Source: a virus. Taken from it: 64,000 nucleotides of DNA. The position numbers and the translations under genes are program-made. This document shows positions 18,762-28,500 of this stretch, one piece after another (position 1 is the stretch's first letter; every line of letters begins with the position of its first letter). The stretch covers positions 75,565-139,564 of the IMG/VR virus record IMGVR_UViG_3300024262_000015; one strand, 5' to 3'. Below the pieces are notes generated by a model that saw nothing but the letters and a program-made list of their open reading frames with translations, searched no databases and was not told where the DNA came from.

Positions 18762-19169
18762 AAACATGTAAAATCTTTCTTTAATCTCATTAATAGATTT
18801 CGAACTATCTGTTTGACTTCTAACCAACACAACTGAATGGTGGTCCATAAGTTTATAAAAAGATTTTCTATATCTAATATTTAGATTATCATTACATCTA
18901 AAAATAGAAGCAATGCCAGACTCATACAATAAGCGAAAACTATAGATCTTTTCTAAGGACGATGTGGGCTCCTCTAGAGGACATTTCACACTAAGCTCTT
19001 TTTTTAAAAATGACTCTAAAAGAGATTCCTGTACTACCTTGTCAGAAAACGGTATTAAAGGTCGAATAAATTTATCCCTTTCTTCTTCAGTAAGATCTTC
19101 GGCCCAGGAGCTTACTAAAAAATATAATGTTGATTCAGGACATAACATAGACTTGCAATAGGTATTCAC
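18729..19169 (-). CDS. Hypothetical protein
   Basis: 146 aa filling the gap between + strand genes; sigma70-like promoter just upstream. Confidence 0.6.
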   Translation of the reverse strand: MNTYCKSMLCPESTLYFLVSSWAEDLTEEERDKFIRPLIPFSDKVVQESLLESFLKKELSVKCPLEEPTSSLEKIYSFRLLYESGIASIFRCNDNLNIRYRKSFYKLMDHHSVVLVRSQTDSSKSINEIKERFYMFLKRTRFFELV

Positions 19170-19175
19170 GAAAAA

Positions 19176-19204
19176 AGAATGTCAAAAAACAATATGAAAG
19201 TCAA
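19176..19204 (-). promoter_or_regulatory. Sigma70-like promoter, probably leaderless
   Basis: Minus strand TTGACT-N17-CATTCT with TG extension, 6 nt before GTG 19169. Confidence 0.5.
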
Positions 19205-19229
19205 GATCTTTTATTCTCTCCATTGATAT

Positions 19230-19242
19230 AATATTCGAGTAT
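19230..19242 (+). promoter_or_regulatory. Candidate late promoter AAT-N6-GYAT
   Basis: AAT ATTCGA GTAT, 7 nt before ATG 19250. Confidence 0.55.
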
Positions 19243-19249
19243 AGATACG

Positions 19250-19525
19250 ATGATCCCTGATGACCTCAAAAAGGCTGCTCTTTCTATCGGCGCTCGTCCC
19301 GTTACAGTTTCTTCAGAAAATTCACGGGCGTTTATGCTGTGGTTTGCCATCCTTATAGGAGTTGGAACCTTGTTTAACGCAGCATTCGTTTGGCTGGTTT
19401 CCATTTTTCTACCCGTCTTAGCACTCCCTCTTATGATGGGTCCCAGTGCTTGGATGATGTGGTGGGTAATTACACAAAGATCAAAAGGGCATCTTAAACT
19501 TGAAGATAAAGAAGGAGATTTCTAA
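19250..19525 (+). CDS. Small membrane protein
   Basis: 91 aa with two hydrophobic helices. Confidence 0.7.
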   Translation: MIPDDLKKAALSIGARPVTVSSENSRAFMLWFAILIGVGTLFNAAFVWLVSIFLPVLALPLMMGPSAWMMWWVITQRSKGHLKLEDKEGDF

Positions 19526-19526
19526 C

Positions 19527-19922
19527 ATGTACAAATACTCACAAACCAATGTTACTTCTACAAGTGACCTGGATCCCCCCTCCACCCAACTATTTTTAGA
19601 CAAGAATGAAGATAAAATCCGTAGAGCCGCTCAAGGAAAATCGGGCCAAGAGAATGTAATTGCTTTTCTTGATTGGGCAGATCATCTTCTGAATCCTAAA
19701 GAGGGTTTTGGGGCAGTTACTAGTGGACAACAAGCTGCAATTTCTGGTGGCGAAATGGTTAAGAAAATGTTTAAAGAAGACGAAATCTCTTTGCCTACTT
19801 CTGCACAGTCCCGAAGCGCAATAAGAATTGTAGATCACATTATTGACGCTATTAGAAATACTAAAACTGCCTCACTCCCTAAGTATGTTTACGACATGCT
19901 CAAGGTTGCTAGCCGATTCTAA
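19527..19922 (+). CDS. Hypothetical protein
   Basis: ATG 19527 with RBS GAAGGAG; contains KTAS and KVAS motifs. Confidence 0.7.
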   Translation: MYKYSQTNVTSTSDLDPPSTQLFLDKNEDKIRRAAQGKSGQENVIAFLDWADHLLNPKEGFGAVTSGQQAAISGGEMVKKMFKEDEISLPTSAQSRSAIRIVDHIIDAIRNTKTASLPKYVYDMLKVASRF

Positions 19923-19943
19923 TTAGAAAATTTTCAAACTTAT

Positions 19944-19980
19944 ATTCCTAGCTATTTTAAATAGTTAGGAATGTTTGTTT
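19944..19980 (+). terminator. Probable intrinsic terminator
   Basis: ATTCCTAGCTAT / ATAGTTAGGAAT stem followed by GTTTGTTT. Confidence 0.55.
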
Positions 19981-20002
19981 ATAAGTCATTAAAAGTGAAC
20001 CT

Positions 20003-20015
20003 AATTTTGGTGCAT
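20003..20015 (+). promoter_or_regulatory. Candidate late promoter AAT-N6-GYAT
   Basis: AAT TTTGGT GCAT, 7 nt before ATG 20023, no SD. Confidence 0.55.
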
Positions 20016-20022
20016 TTTATAT

Positions 20023-20301
20023 ATGACTGAAGAGTTTATTGAACTACTAGAAGCTTTAATTGTTAGTTACATTGCCGATGAGGGAGAAAAATTACAAGAG
20101 GTGTATAAAGCTATAGCCTACAGTCTAGGAAAAATCGAAACATTAGCGAAACAAAAAGATGTAGATATAGAAATTTTGGAACGCATTTTTAAAGCTCACT
20201 ATCAAATTGGAAAAGATGATGCTTTAGATTATGTAAACAAAGATGAAAATATAAAAATAAAAGATGAAAAAATAAAAGATCCAAATAAGTTAATGAATTA
20301 A
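20023..20301 (+). CDS. Hypothetical protein
   Basis: 92 aa acidic ORF. Confidence 0.65.
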   Translation: MTEEFIELLEALIVSYIADEGEKLQEVYKAIAYSLGKIETLAKQKDVDIEILERIFKAHYQIGKDDALDYVNKDENIKIKDEKIKDPNKLMN

Positions 20302-20330
20302 ACTACCTTGGGTTTTGAAAAAGATATCAG

Positions 20331-20542
20331 GTTGTTTCTCCAAAACCAATGAAGGCTCGAATATAGGACTCTAAGTTTAGCCGTACCCCTAAACAGCGCT
20401 ATACTAGGGGTACGTTCTACCATCTCTGTAAAAAGAGAGCGCGTTCCCATCAGTGAGCCTTCAGTCTTACACAACTGGGAGAACTATTAGGAAATACCTA
20501 ATAGTTGAGATCATATAGCTGAAGTATGGAGTTTTGAGCAAC
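20331..20542. ncRNA. Candidate structured non-coding RNA, family unknown
   Basis: Nested perfect stems 20350-58/20455-63, 20382-91/20405-14, 20482-91/20497-506 and an imperfect closing stem 20331-46/20531-42 in a 620-nt gap. Confidence 0.5.
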
Positions 20543-20920
20543 CCCGCCCTCTCTAGATCAAACAGAATGCAACGAGAGTACACCACAACCAGGACAACCT
20601 CGCTCTAGCACGGGTTCTGGGCTCTGGCGCGATTCAAGGCTACATCAAAAAGTAATCAAGATCCTAATTACTGAGAAACGTTTAGAAGGAACGACTGGGA
20701 ATAGAGGTAACCTTTCTTCGTTTAACTATCTCTTTAATTGATTACGCTTCATTTAGTAAGATCAGGAAACAGTAGAAGAGTCTGAATTAGCATCTATTAG
20801 GCCTATAGAGTTCTGTATTAGATCTATAAGGTACCTAAGGTAGGCTACGCAGAGCATCTCCAGAACGCAGACCCCCTCCCCACGAGGCAGGTTAGTGCTA
20901 GCTTTAGAAGGGTAGATAAA

Positions 20921-21622
20921 ATGGAAACAAAGGTAGATCCTCAAGGAAGAAAGGTTTTTACACAACCTAAGTTAGAAATCGTAGATGATGATGGCAAAAT
21001 AAAAAGAAAGAGTAGTAAGTTTAAAAGAGTAGAGTGGGCACAAAGAGTAGGTAAATCTCCTGATGTTTTGGGAATAGATTGGGGACCAAAGTATTTAATA
21101 ACAAGTGATGGTAAAAAGATTAATAATTATGAAGCAGGAATTTCCGAGTTAGACTTAAGGAAATATTTTAGAGAAGTGGGGAAAGAACTCTTTACAGAAA
21201 AGAAGGTAGTTGTTTTAGAGAGTTTAAATCATCCTAATTCTAAAATATTAAATAATGTTTTTTCTGCAGTAGAAGATGGAAAAGTATTGTTTGCACATAC
21301 ATGGTTTCCTTCTACACAAACATGTAATTCGTGTCTTTATAGGGGCTTTCCTCTTCAGGGCTCAACACGAAGCTGGACTTGTACTAGGTGTAAAGCTAAG
21401 TTGGATAGAGATATAAATGCAGCCCAGAATTTACAGCTTCTTGGGTCTTTGTATGAAAGCCAGGGAAAGACGGATAAACATATTCCTATTTCCTTTTGGT
21501 ATCCTCCCTCTACAGAAGCACGGAAAAAATTTGATAGGAAGTTATGCAAAAAAAGAAAAAAAGAACGAAAAAGAAAAGCAAATTCTCGGGTAAGAAGCAA
21601 TCCAAGTTATCAAAGGTTTTAA
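20921..21622 (+). CDS. tnpB: Miniature TnpB-like RuvC/zinc-ribbon protein
   Basis: VLGIDWG (RuvC-I), VVLESL (RuvC-II), FPSTQTCNSC..WTCTRCKAKLDRDINAAQNL (Zn ribbon and RuvC-III); only 233 aa. Confidence 0.8.
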   Translation: METKVDPQGRKVFTQPKLEIVDDDGKIKRKSSKFKRVEWAQRVGKSPDVLGIDWGPKYLITSDGKKINNYEAGISELDLRKYFREVGKELFTEKKVVVLESLNHPNSKILNNVFSAVEDGKVLFAHTWFPSTQTCNSCLYRGFPLQGSTRSWTCTRCKAKLDRDINAAQNLQLLGSLYESQGKTDKHIPISFWYPPSTEARKKFDRKLCKKRKKERKRKANSRVRSNPSYQRF

Positions 21623-21723
21623 AGCGGAAGGTTTCTAAATATGCTTGGGAGACAACTAAGACGGCTATTGCTCCATCATTTAGAACGGAGGATTTAGAAG
21701 AGATGAAGAAAGGAGTTTTATGA
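21544..21723 (+). CDS. Small very basic protein (59 aa)
   Basis: [40 protein letters not shown]; RBS AGGAAG; ATGA overlap with the Nudix gene. Confidence 0.45.
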   Translation: MQKKKKRTKKKSKFSGKKQSKLSKVLKRKVSKYAWETTKTAIAPSFRTEDLEEMKKGVL

Positions 21724-22112
21724 AAGAGGAAAAGGTATCAGGAGTTTTATTTTATTGTCCCGAAGACCAAACTGTATTCCTTGTTCTCCGAGGGCCTGGT
21801 GGCGACTATGAGAACACTTGGGGCGTACCAGGAGGGCACATCGAAAAGGGCGAAGGGAGCTTAGAAGCGGCGCTGAGAGAGGTTAAGGAGGAGCTTGGAG
21901 GTATGCCGGCTTGTACCCTTAGAGGTAGCTGTTTAACCCATGTTCCCAAACTCTACAGGACATTTAAAGCTGATTTAGATAAAGAAGCAAAAGAAAAATG
22001 GCGACCCAAGCTTAATAAAGAAAACTATGAAGGAAAGTGGTTTAGCATTAAAGATCTTCCTAAAAAAAAGCATCCTAGTTTAGAAGATATTGTGCAGAAG
22101 CTGGTATCTTAG
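21720..22112 (+). CDS. Nudix hydrolase
   Basis: Nudix box [23 protein letters not shown]. Confidence 0.93.
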   Translation: MKEEKVSGVLFYCPEDQTVFLVLRGPGGDYENTWGVPGGHIEKGEGSLEAALREVKEELGGMPACTLRGSCLTHVPKLYRTFKADLDKEAKEKWRPKLNKENYEGKWFSIKDLPKKKHPSLEDIVQKLVS

Positions 22113-22114
22113 GT

Positions 22115-22594
22115 ATGGGTCATAAAGAAGATCTTGTAATTATTATCCGCGTGAAGGAAAAAATTAAAGATCATCCTGTTGTTAAAAGGATGTTTAGGAA
22201 GTATAAAGTTCCTGATGATGAATTAGATTATGTACCAATGGCTTTTAAAGAGGGCCTAGATGTGTCTGCTAGAACTGCTCATGGTTGTATATTCTTTAAT
22301 CCTGATTTAAAGAATGCAGATGAAGAAGAACAAGAGCATTATATGATTCATGAGCTTTTACATTATCTTGATCAAAGCACAGGAACCGAGCCAACTAACG
22401 GCTCAGAGCATGGAAGCTATCTTGATAATCCAGAAGAAGTTGAGGCTTTTCAAAATCAAATAGCCTATATTCACGATTCTCAAAGCCCTCGTGATGCTCA
22501 TGAGTATGTTGAAAAGGTTGTGAATCATCATGACTTAAAGGGCAAGAAAAGACACAAGAAGAAGGAACAGCTTTTAGATAAGTGTGATGATTAA
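22115..22594 (+). CDS. Putative zincin-like metallopeptidase
   Basis: HELLH motif and downstream YLDNPEEVEAF. Confidence 0.65.
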   Translation: MGHKEDLVIIIRVKEKIKDHPVVKRMFRKYKVPDDELDYVPMAFKEGLDVSARTAHGCIFFNPDLKNADEEEQEHYMIHELLHYLDQSTGTEPTNGSEHGSYLDNPEEVEAFQNQIAYIHDSQSPRDAHEYVEKVVNHHDLKGKKRHKKKEQLLDKCDD

Positions 22595-22667
22595 GGACTA
22601 TTGATCGTGAGCTTTTAGATAGTCATCGCATTGAAGCCCGACAAAGGAGTTCGCTTAATGCCTTATC

Positions 22668-22680
22668 AATGTTTTAGTAT
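22668..22680 (+). promoter_or_regulatory. Candidate late promoter AAT-N6-GYAT
   Basis: AAT GTTTTA GTAT, 8 nt before ATG 22689, no SD. Confidence 0.55.
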
Positions 22681-22688
22681 TTCTTTGT

Positions 22689-24284
22689 ATGTCTCCTTGT
22701 TTTCCGCCTCGACCAGTATATGCCAACCCTCCGCTTAGAGGCATAGATCTAGCTGCCTCTATTGGTGATGGCGATCATATTAAATTACGTTGGTTCCGAG
22801 CTTATTCTCCTGACCCAGCTTATCAGGTTGTAAACAATATTTATTATTCCACAAGATATGAAGATGTGTTTGCCGAGGGGGTTAAGTATGTTGTTATTGA
22901 TCCTTTAGAGTTAAAGATTATTTTTGGAGACTTTAGGCCAGGCGATACATTTTATTTTGGTGTGAAATCCGCTCTTCATCAAATTAGTCTTAATGATATA
23001 AATGGCCTTCCTTTAAGTATTGAGGGTTGTCGTTTTTATCCTGAAGAGCCTCTAGTCTCAACCATATCTGCTACAGCTTTAGTGGTACCGATTTTGGATG
23101 TAACTGATTTTCCCCCGTATGGAGTTCTGCAAATAGGGGCAGAGCTAATGAGTTACGAAAACAAAAATGCTGTTGATAATACTCTTTTGATTGGTGAAAG
23201 AGGACTGTATGGGACGTTTCCTAGAGAGCATACACCCGATGGATATGATGGGTATCGGTTTTATGATAACCCGTTAGTTAGATTTTTTATCGGATGGCAA
23301 GATGATAATATTGGTTTAGATCTTTCTACCAGCACTTTTATTTATCCGCATCAAATATGGACGCCTTCAGATGGGTATGCCAAAGTTACACAGGATTTAG
23401 TTACAACTCCTTTGGGGGCGGTTGAAGTAGAGGAGGAAGGGTTTAAGCCTTTTGATTATTCGGGTTATCGAAGAACTGATTTTATTAAAATGTTAAATGG
23501 CGAGTGTGTTGCGTCTTATTATGGTGGGGACATTTATTGCGATGATGGTTATGGAAAGTGTGTGCGAGTTCGCGGGTTGCCTATTAATGAGTTCAATAGT
23601 CAGCGTGAAGAGCTTTTGTTGAGCTTGACCGGAGAACCAGTTGTTTTGGTTCGTAGAATGTGGACCGGGATAAGGTGCGATTGTGTAGGAATAGATCGAG
23701 AAACCCCTGAATATCGTTGCCCAAATTGCTATGGAGGAGGGTTTGTTACCAGCTATAATCAGTATTACAATCCTAGGAGAAGTGATAGAAGAATAATGAT
23801 GAGGTTTGAGCCGGCGGTTGATGACTTAATTCCGATTGAGTCTGGTTTAGAATTAGATTATAAACCGAACTCTTGGACCCTTATTGTTCCGACTCTTAAA
23901 GAACGAGATTTTGTAATTAGATTTAATGTTGATGGTACTGAAGAATTTCGTTACATGATTATGAATGTAACAAGAAATAAAATTCTTCTTAATCATTATG
24001 GTGCTCAGAAAATGGCTTTGGCTCGGATTAGAAAAACTGATCCGATCTATCAGTGGAACGCCCTTCCAGATGCACAGAACTTTCCAGAAAATCTTATTAC
24101 TTCTATTGGGTTTGTTCCTGGCCCTGAAGGAATCCCACCTCATACTCATAGATGGGTTAAGTCCGAAAGAATGGAAGATGATTGCTTAAATCAGACCACT
24201 AGTATTTCTCAAGACCACAATCATCCAATACGTGGAAATGAGGTAGTGCCTGTATTAGGACATACACATCGATTAATATTTTAA
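22689..24284 (+). CDS. Putative neck/head-closure protein with FN3-like N-terminus (4 DGY)
   Basis: GEPVVLVRR..RCDC..RCPNCYGGGF pattern seen in myovirus neck proteins; His-rich C-terminus. Confidence 0.6.
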   Translation: MSPCFPPRPVYANPPLRGIDLAASIGDGDHIKLRWFRAYSPDPAYQVVNNIYYSTRYEDVFAEGVKYVVIDPLELKIIFGDFRPGDTFYFGVKSALHQISLNDINGLPLSIEGCRFYPEEPLVSTISATALVVPILDVTDFPPYGVLQIGAELMSYENKNAVDNTLLIGERGLYGTFPREHTPDGYDGYRFYDNPLVRFFIGWQDDNIGLDLSTSTFIYPHQIWTPSDGYAKVTQDLVTTPLGAVEVEEEGFKPFDYSGYRRTDFIKMLNGECVASYYGGDIYCDDGYGKCVRVRGLPINEFNSQREELLLSLTGEPVVLVRRMWTGIRCDCVGIDRETPEYRCPNCYGGGFVTSYNQYYNPRRSDRRIMMRFEPAVDDLIPIESGLELDYKPNSWTLIVPTLKERDFVIRFNVDGTEEFRYMIMNVTRNKILLNHYGAQKMALARIRKTDPIYQWNALPDAQNFPENLITSIGFVPGPEGIPPHTHRWVKSERMEDDCLNQTTSISQDHNHPIRGNEVVPVLGHTHRLIF

Positions 24285-24298
24285 ATATAAACTCCATT

Positions 24299-24311
24299 AA
24301 TGAAACAGCAT
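24299..24311 (+). promoter_or_regulatory. Candidate late promoter AAT-N6-GYAT
   Basis: AAT GAAACA GCAT, 7 nt before ATG 24319, no SD. Confidence 0.55.
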
Positions 24312-24318
24312 TCTTCTT

Positions 24319-24684
24319 ATGGAAGATACATTAGCTCAGGTTTTAACTCTATCAAATGTGGTTTTTTGTTTAATGATTTCGGTCCTTGTCTTTGTTATTA
24401 GACGTGGAGTAAATGCATTTTGGAAAAGCGCCAAACAAAATAAAATATGGAATGAATTAATTCTTCCTATTCTTCCTTTGGTAACTGGAGGATGTTTGGC
24501 TGCATCCATTTCTGCGTGGCCCTACCCAGAAGACTTTCAAACCTTCGGGGCCAGAGTAATTTTTGGATGTGTGGCCGGGCTTTTTTCCGCACATACTTAT
24601 AGAGTAGTCCACAATATGATTAAGAAAAGGGAAGAGGAAAAAGGAGTGGAGAAATCGTCCGAAAATTTAGGTGGGCCCCTATAG
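24319..24684 (+). CDS. Holin-like three-TM membrane protein
   Basis: Three hydrophobic helices, LPILPLVTG, GCVAGLFS, charged C-terminal tail. Confidence 0.6.
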   Translation: MEDTLAQVLTLSNVVFCLMISVLVFVIRRGVNAFWKSAKQNKIWNELILPILPLVTGGCLAASISAWPYPEDFQTFGARVIFGCVAGLFSAHTYRVVHNMIKKREEEKGVEKSSENLGGPL

Positions 24685-24699
24685 TTTTTATCACCCACC

Positions 24700-24734
24700 A
24701 AAAAAAGCCCAGACCCCTCATAAGAGGTCTGGGC
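24700..24734 (-). terminator. Intrinsic terminator of the minus-strand gene
   Basis: GCCCAGACC / GGTCTGGGC stem with an A7 run at 24700-24706 (U-tract on the minus strand). Confidence 0.8.
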
Positions 24735-24758
24735 ACAACCTGGAAAGGGAGAGGGTTG

Positions 24759-25337
24759 TTAGACGGTGAGATTATTGAGCCACTCTTTGTCGGAATCAGT
24801 AAGCTTGTTGCTGATTACGCGCCAGTTAAGAGCGTACATGGGGTTGATGGAAAGCTGCTCTGCTTCCAAACCGTTTTGACGAGACTGGATGGAGGGGAAA
24901 GCAATGGCCTGGATTTGGTGCGTGTAGCCCTGGCCCGAGATGGTAAGGTTGGCGTTCCACTGCGAAAGAGTCATCACAGTGTTAGCAACAGCGGCTACGG
25001 GCAGGTTCTTGAGGGAGACAAGGTTGCCATCACGAAGAGCCGAAAGAATCTCTCCGATTGCTGACGAATGGTCCGGGTCAAATGAGGTGGCGGGGATTTC
25101 GAGGTTGCCCATGATGAGAGTGCCGTTGTCCAATTTGCGAGCAGCACCGATTTCGTTAGCACCAAAAAATGCCTCGTCCGTTCTTTCCTCTAGGTAATTG
25201 CGGTCGATGCTGGTTGCTACAGTAAACTGAACTCCAAAAATTTTATTGAGACCTTGTACTACCGGATTGAGAAAAGCTTCGGTGGGCTGAGAGGAAGATC
25301 CGTTGGTTTGTTCTTGATTGTTTTCAGTGGTTTCCAT
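24759..25337 (-). CDS. Hypothetical protein
   Basis: 192 aa with its own terminator and an upstream TGGACA-N16-TAGATT element (25411-25384). Confidence 0.75.
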   Translation of the reverse strand: METTENNQEQTNGSSSQPTEAFLNPVVQGLNKIFGVQFTVATSIDRNYLEERTDEAFFGANEIGAARKLDNGTLIMGNLEIPATSFDPDHSSAIGEILSALRDGNLVSLKNLPVAAVANTVMTLSQWNANLTISGQGYTHQIQAIAFPSIQSRQNGLEAEQLSINPMYALNWRVISNKLTDSDKEWLNNLTV

Positions 25338-25577
25338 GATTTAAATCGCTTTCTATAGAGTCCGACCGGCTGATCGGATGGCCAATCTACTCTCTTCTTT
25401 TACGGTGTCCACTCTTTTTTGTCATAGCGCGTAATTTTTGTTCAAGGACAATGAGAGCGAAAAGTTTTGGTCTATATCAAATTCTCGCTATTTGGTTTAG
25501 CTAATTAAACTCTACCTAAAATCGCACTTTATTTGGATAGTAGGAGCGGTTTGTTTAAAGAAGATAGAAGAGGGTAA

Positions 25578-28500
25578 ATGACAAGATATCCTAATGGAAT
25601 TGATGATGACGCTACATTACCTCGTGTTGACAATAACTTAACTCAGATCTCAGGACTAGCAATTAATTCATTGCGGTCTGCCGTTTTTGCAATTGAGACA
25701 ACTCTTGGAGCAAATCCTCAGGCATCTGCTGCGAGTGTAGCTGCACGTTTAAACAAGTCCCTTAACCCTGATGGATCTATTCGGGGCTCAGCTTTACAGA
25801 GTGCTGGGCTGGCCAGTCTTCCGATTGATAATAATCAGGTGGGAGTTAATGCTGGAATTGAAGAAAGTAAACTTAAACTAAATTTTAGTACTATTAGTCT
25901 TCATACTTTAATTTTAGCCAACATTGCTTCTATTGATTCGGTTAGTGATCTTTCTGAAGAGAATAGATGCAATCTCCGACTTCATATTCAAGGTGCTGTT
26001 CATCTTCTTGATGGAATTACCTTGGCTCGTCATGTAGCTAGCCAAATTGATTTAAATGCGGTTCCGTTTGATCCCCGTGATCCGAGTTATATTTGGCCGG
26101 GGCTTAGAAATAGATATGGAGATTTGCGTCCGGCCACTCAGGTAGCTTCTGCTTTATTAGAAATCAATGAAGATTTAATTGATCACCTAAATAGAATTTT
26201 AGATGCTCATCCGGCTACAGCCATTGTGGTGGATACGAGCAATTTTTCTGAGATACCTAAGACCGCGACTAATGCTCAATTAGCTTTTCAGGCTTTGGAT
26301 GATCAAGATCGTTTAACCATGGGAGTTCACCGTGCCAATATGCATGTGAATGGAATTCCTCGTTGGACTCGTTCTACTACTCTTGAAGAAGACTCGCTTA
26401 ATTTTGATGGGTACAATGTTTTAATTGTCCCTCCCACAACTGTCCAAGCTTATCTTTATGGTCCGCCTCCTTCTGCTAACCCTGTAGATAGCACTACAGA
26501 TGGTGATGATGTAATTGAATTCTTTCCGGATAATACTGGAAATGAATTTGATGAAAAGTTTACTAAGGTTAGAAGCGGAGACATTCTTTATATTAATTAT
26601 GGAAATGGTTTAAGCGCTCGGTGGATTGTTGAGTCTTATAGGTTTGTTCCTGGCTCTCAATGGTTTGCGAGAATTAATGGTGTAAACCTAGCAGAAGCTG
26701 AAGGGATTGCGTCCATTTATAGGCCAAAATTTGATCGCAATGTATATGGGGTTTTAGCTGTAGCTCCGGCTAACAATGATATTACCACTTCTGTAAGGGC
26801 CAGTGCAATTGTTGGCGATCCTCGTGGCGCGAATGTTTTAGGAAATGGTTTTGAGGCTTCTGAATTAGATGCCGAGCATTATAATCTTTGGCTTGTTATT
26901 TATCCAACTGGAAATCCTGAAGATTTAACCATACCTTTATCAGCCATTGATGTTACTGGAAATGCGGGCGCTACTCCTGGTGCTTATACTTTAGATAGCG
27001 TTGTAAGAACCACAAATAATGCTTTAAGAGCAAAGGGTTTTAATTATAGGTTTATAGCATATGAACGAGATGGAGAGTTTGGTCTTATGTTGGCTGACTC
27101 TATTAATTCTGTTTCCTTCTCTATAATTAGTGGTGAGGTTGTTGGTGGGGTTTTGGTTGAAAGCTCATTTGTTAAAAATGTAATTGGTGATGCGTCACGA
27201 GGCGGGAACCCTTCAGATGGTTTTGATGCTTTAGGTTTAGGTTCGGCTAAGGGTGGGTTTGCGGGGGTTCCTTTTGGTCAGCCTTATTCTTCTGCTCTTG
27301 AGGCGGCGAGCTTTCCTACTGAGGTAATTCCGGCGCTCAAGTTTAGAAACTATGTGGTGAATGGGATTCGAAGAGATGATTTTGCTCCTACTCCATTTGC
27401 AGGCTATTCTGAAGATGATGGTTACTTTGCAATTGAAGATGGTTATTGGGTAGGCACATTAATTTCTAGGAATGCGATTAGTGGTTCTGCTACGTATGAG
27501 ATACCAATTGATTTACGTTCTGTAGAGCTAAGGCCTGGAGGAACCATTGTTATTCAGCCTACGGTTCCTTGGACAACAGGCGGGCTTAACAACGCAGATT
27601 ATGGCCGCTTTATACTTGAATCTGTTACCTATGGAGATCCGTGCCCTCCTGTAGTAGCAAAGATGACCTTGACCGTTTTGAATGCGGATATGGATGGTGT
27701 CGGCTCTGATCCCACGCTTCCTGTTCGCATTTATTGGAATGAGAGCACGGTAGGTTTTGATGCTCTTAATATGGTGGACACTGCTTCGGTTATTGTATAC
27801 AAGAGGTGGTTTCAGATATTTATTGATGATGAAGGAAATACTTTTAGTCATGAAAGGTGTCGCTTCCCCATTCAAGTAGAGGGGGCAGTTTTAGCAGAAG
27901 ATTTGGGTACGGCCTTGTGGAAAACGGAAGATGTGTCTGCCAAATTGCGAGGATTTAATTCTGGAGCAGCACAAGCGAAATTTTTTGTTAGATTCCAAAT
28001 CACCGCATACGATAATGCTACGGGAGAATTTTCAGGATGGCTAGGTGAACCTGATGGAGCTACAGGTATTAAGAACACTGGCCAATTGGTTACTAGTAAA
28101 AAGAATACTAAGACAAGATTTTATGATAACTCCAATGTAGATTTTATTGAACTTGAATATGTAGATGTGGCTGGCTCCTCTCCTGTTACAACTGGGGTTC
28201 CAAGATTTGTTGACATTGAGATATTTGATTCTCTTTCAAGGGATCAAGAGGTCTTTTATATAGGAAGTTGTGAACTTACTGATGGCAATAATAGAATTGA
28301 TGCTGCTCAGGATCAAAGAGAGCTAGGCAGTGTAAGTGAAGAGAATTTTACCGATTCAGCAGTAGCGTTTGTAGAAGCTGGAGATAGAGTTCTTCATGAT
28401 AATGGTATTATTAGAGGTTTTGCTGCTGTTCAAGATTTGGTTGAGCCTACACAAGTAAAGGCTGATGGTGGGTTTGCGGTAGTTAACGGAAGTGTGGTTG

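Noticed and set aside
20302-20920. tRNA, tmRNA, RNase P, hammerhead or CRISPR array in the large gap
   Set aside because: Diagnostic motifs were not found by eye on either strand; kept only as an unassigned structured RNA candidate
24756-25197. Plus-strand ORFs 24756-25064 and 24940-25197
   Set aside because: Shadows of the minus-strand gene, which has its own promoter-like element and terminator
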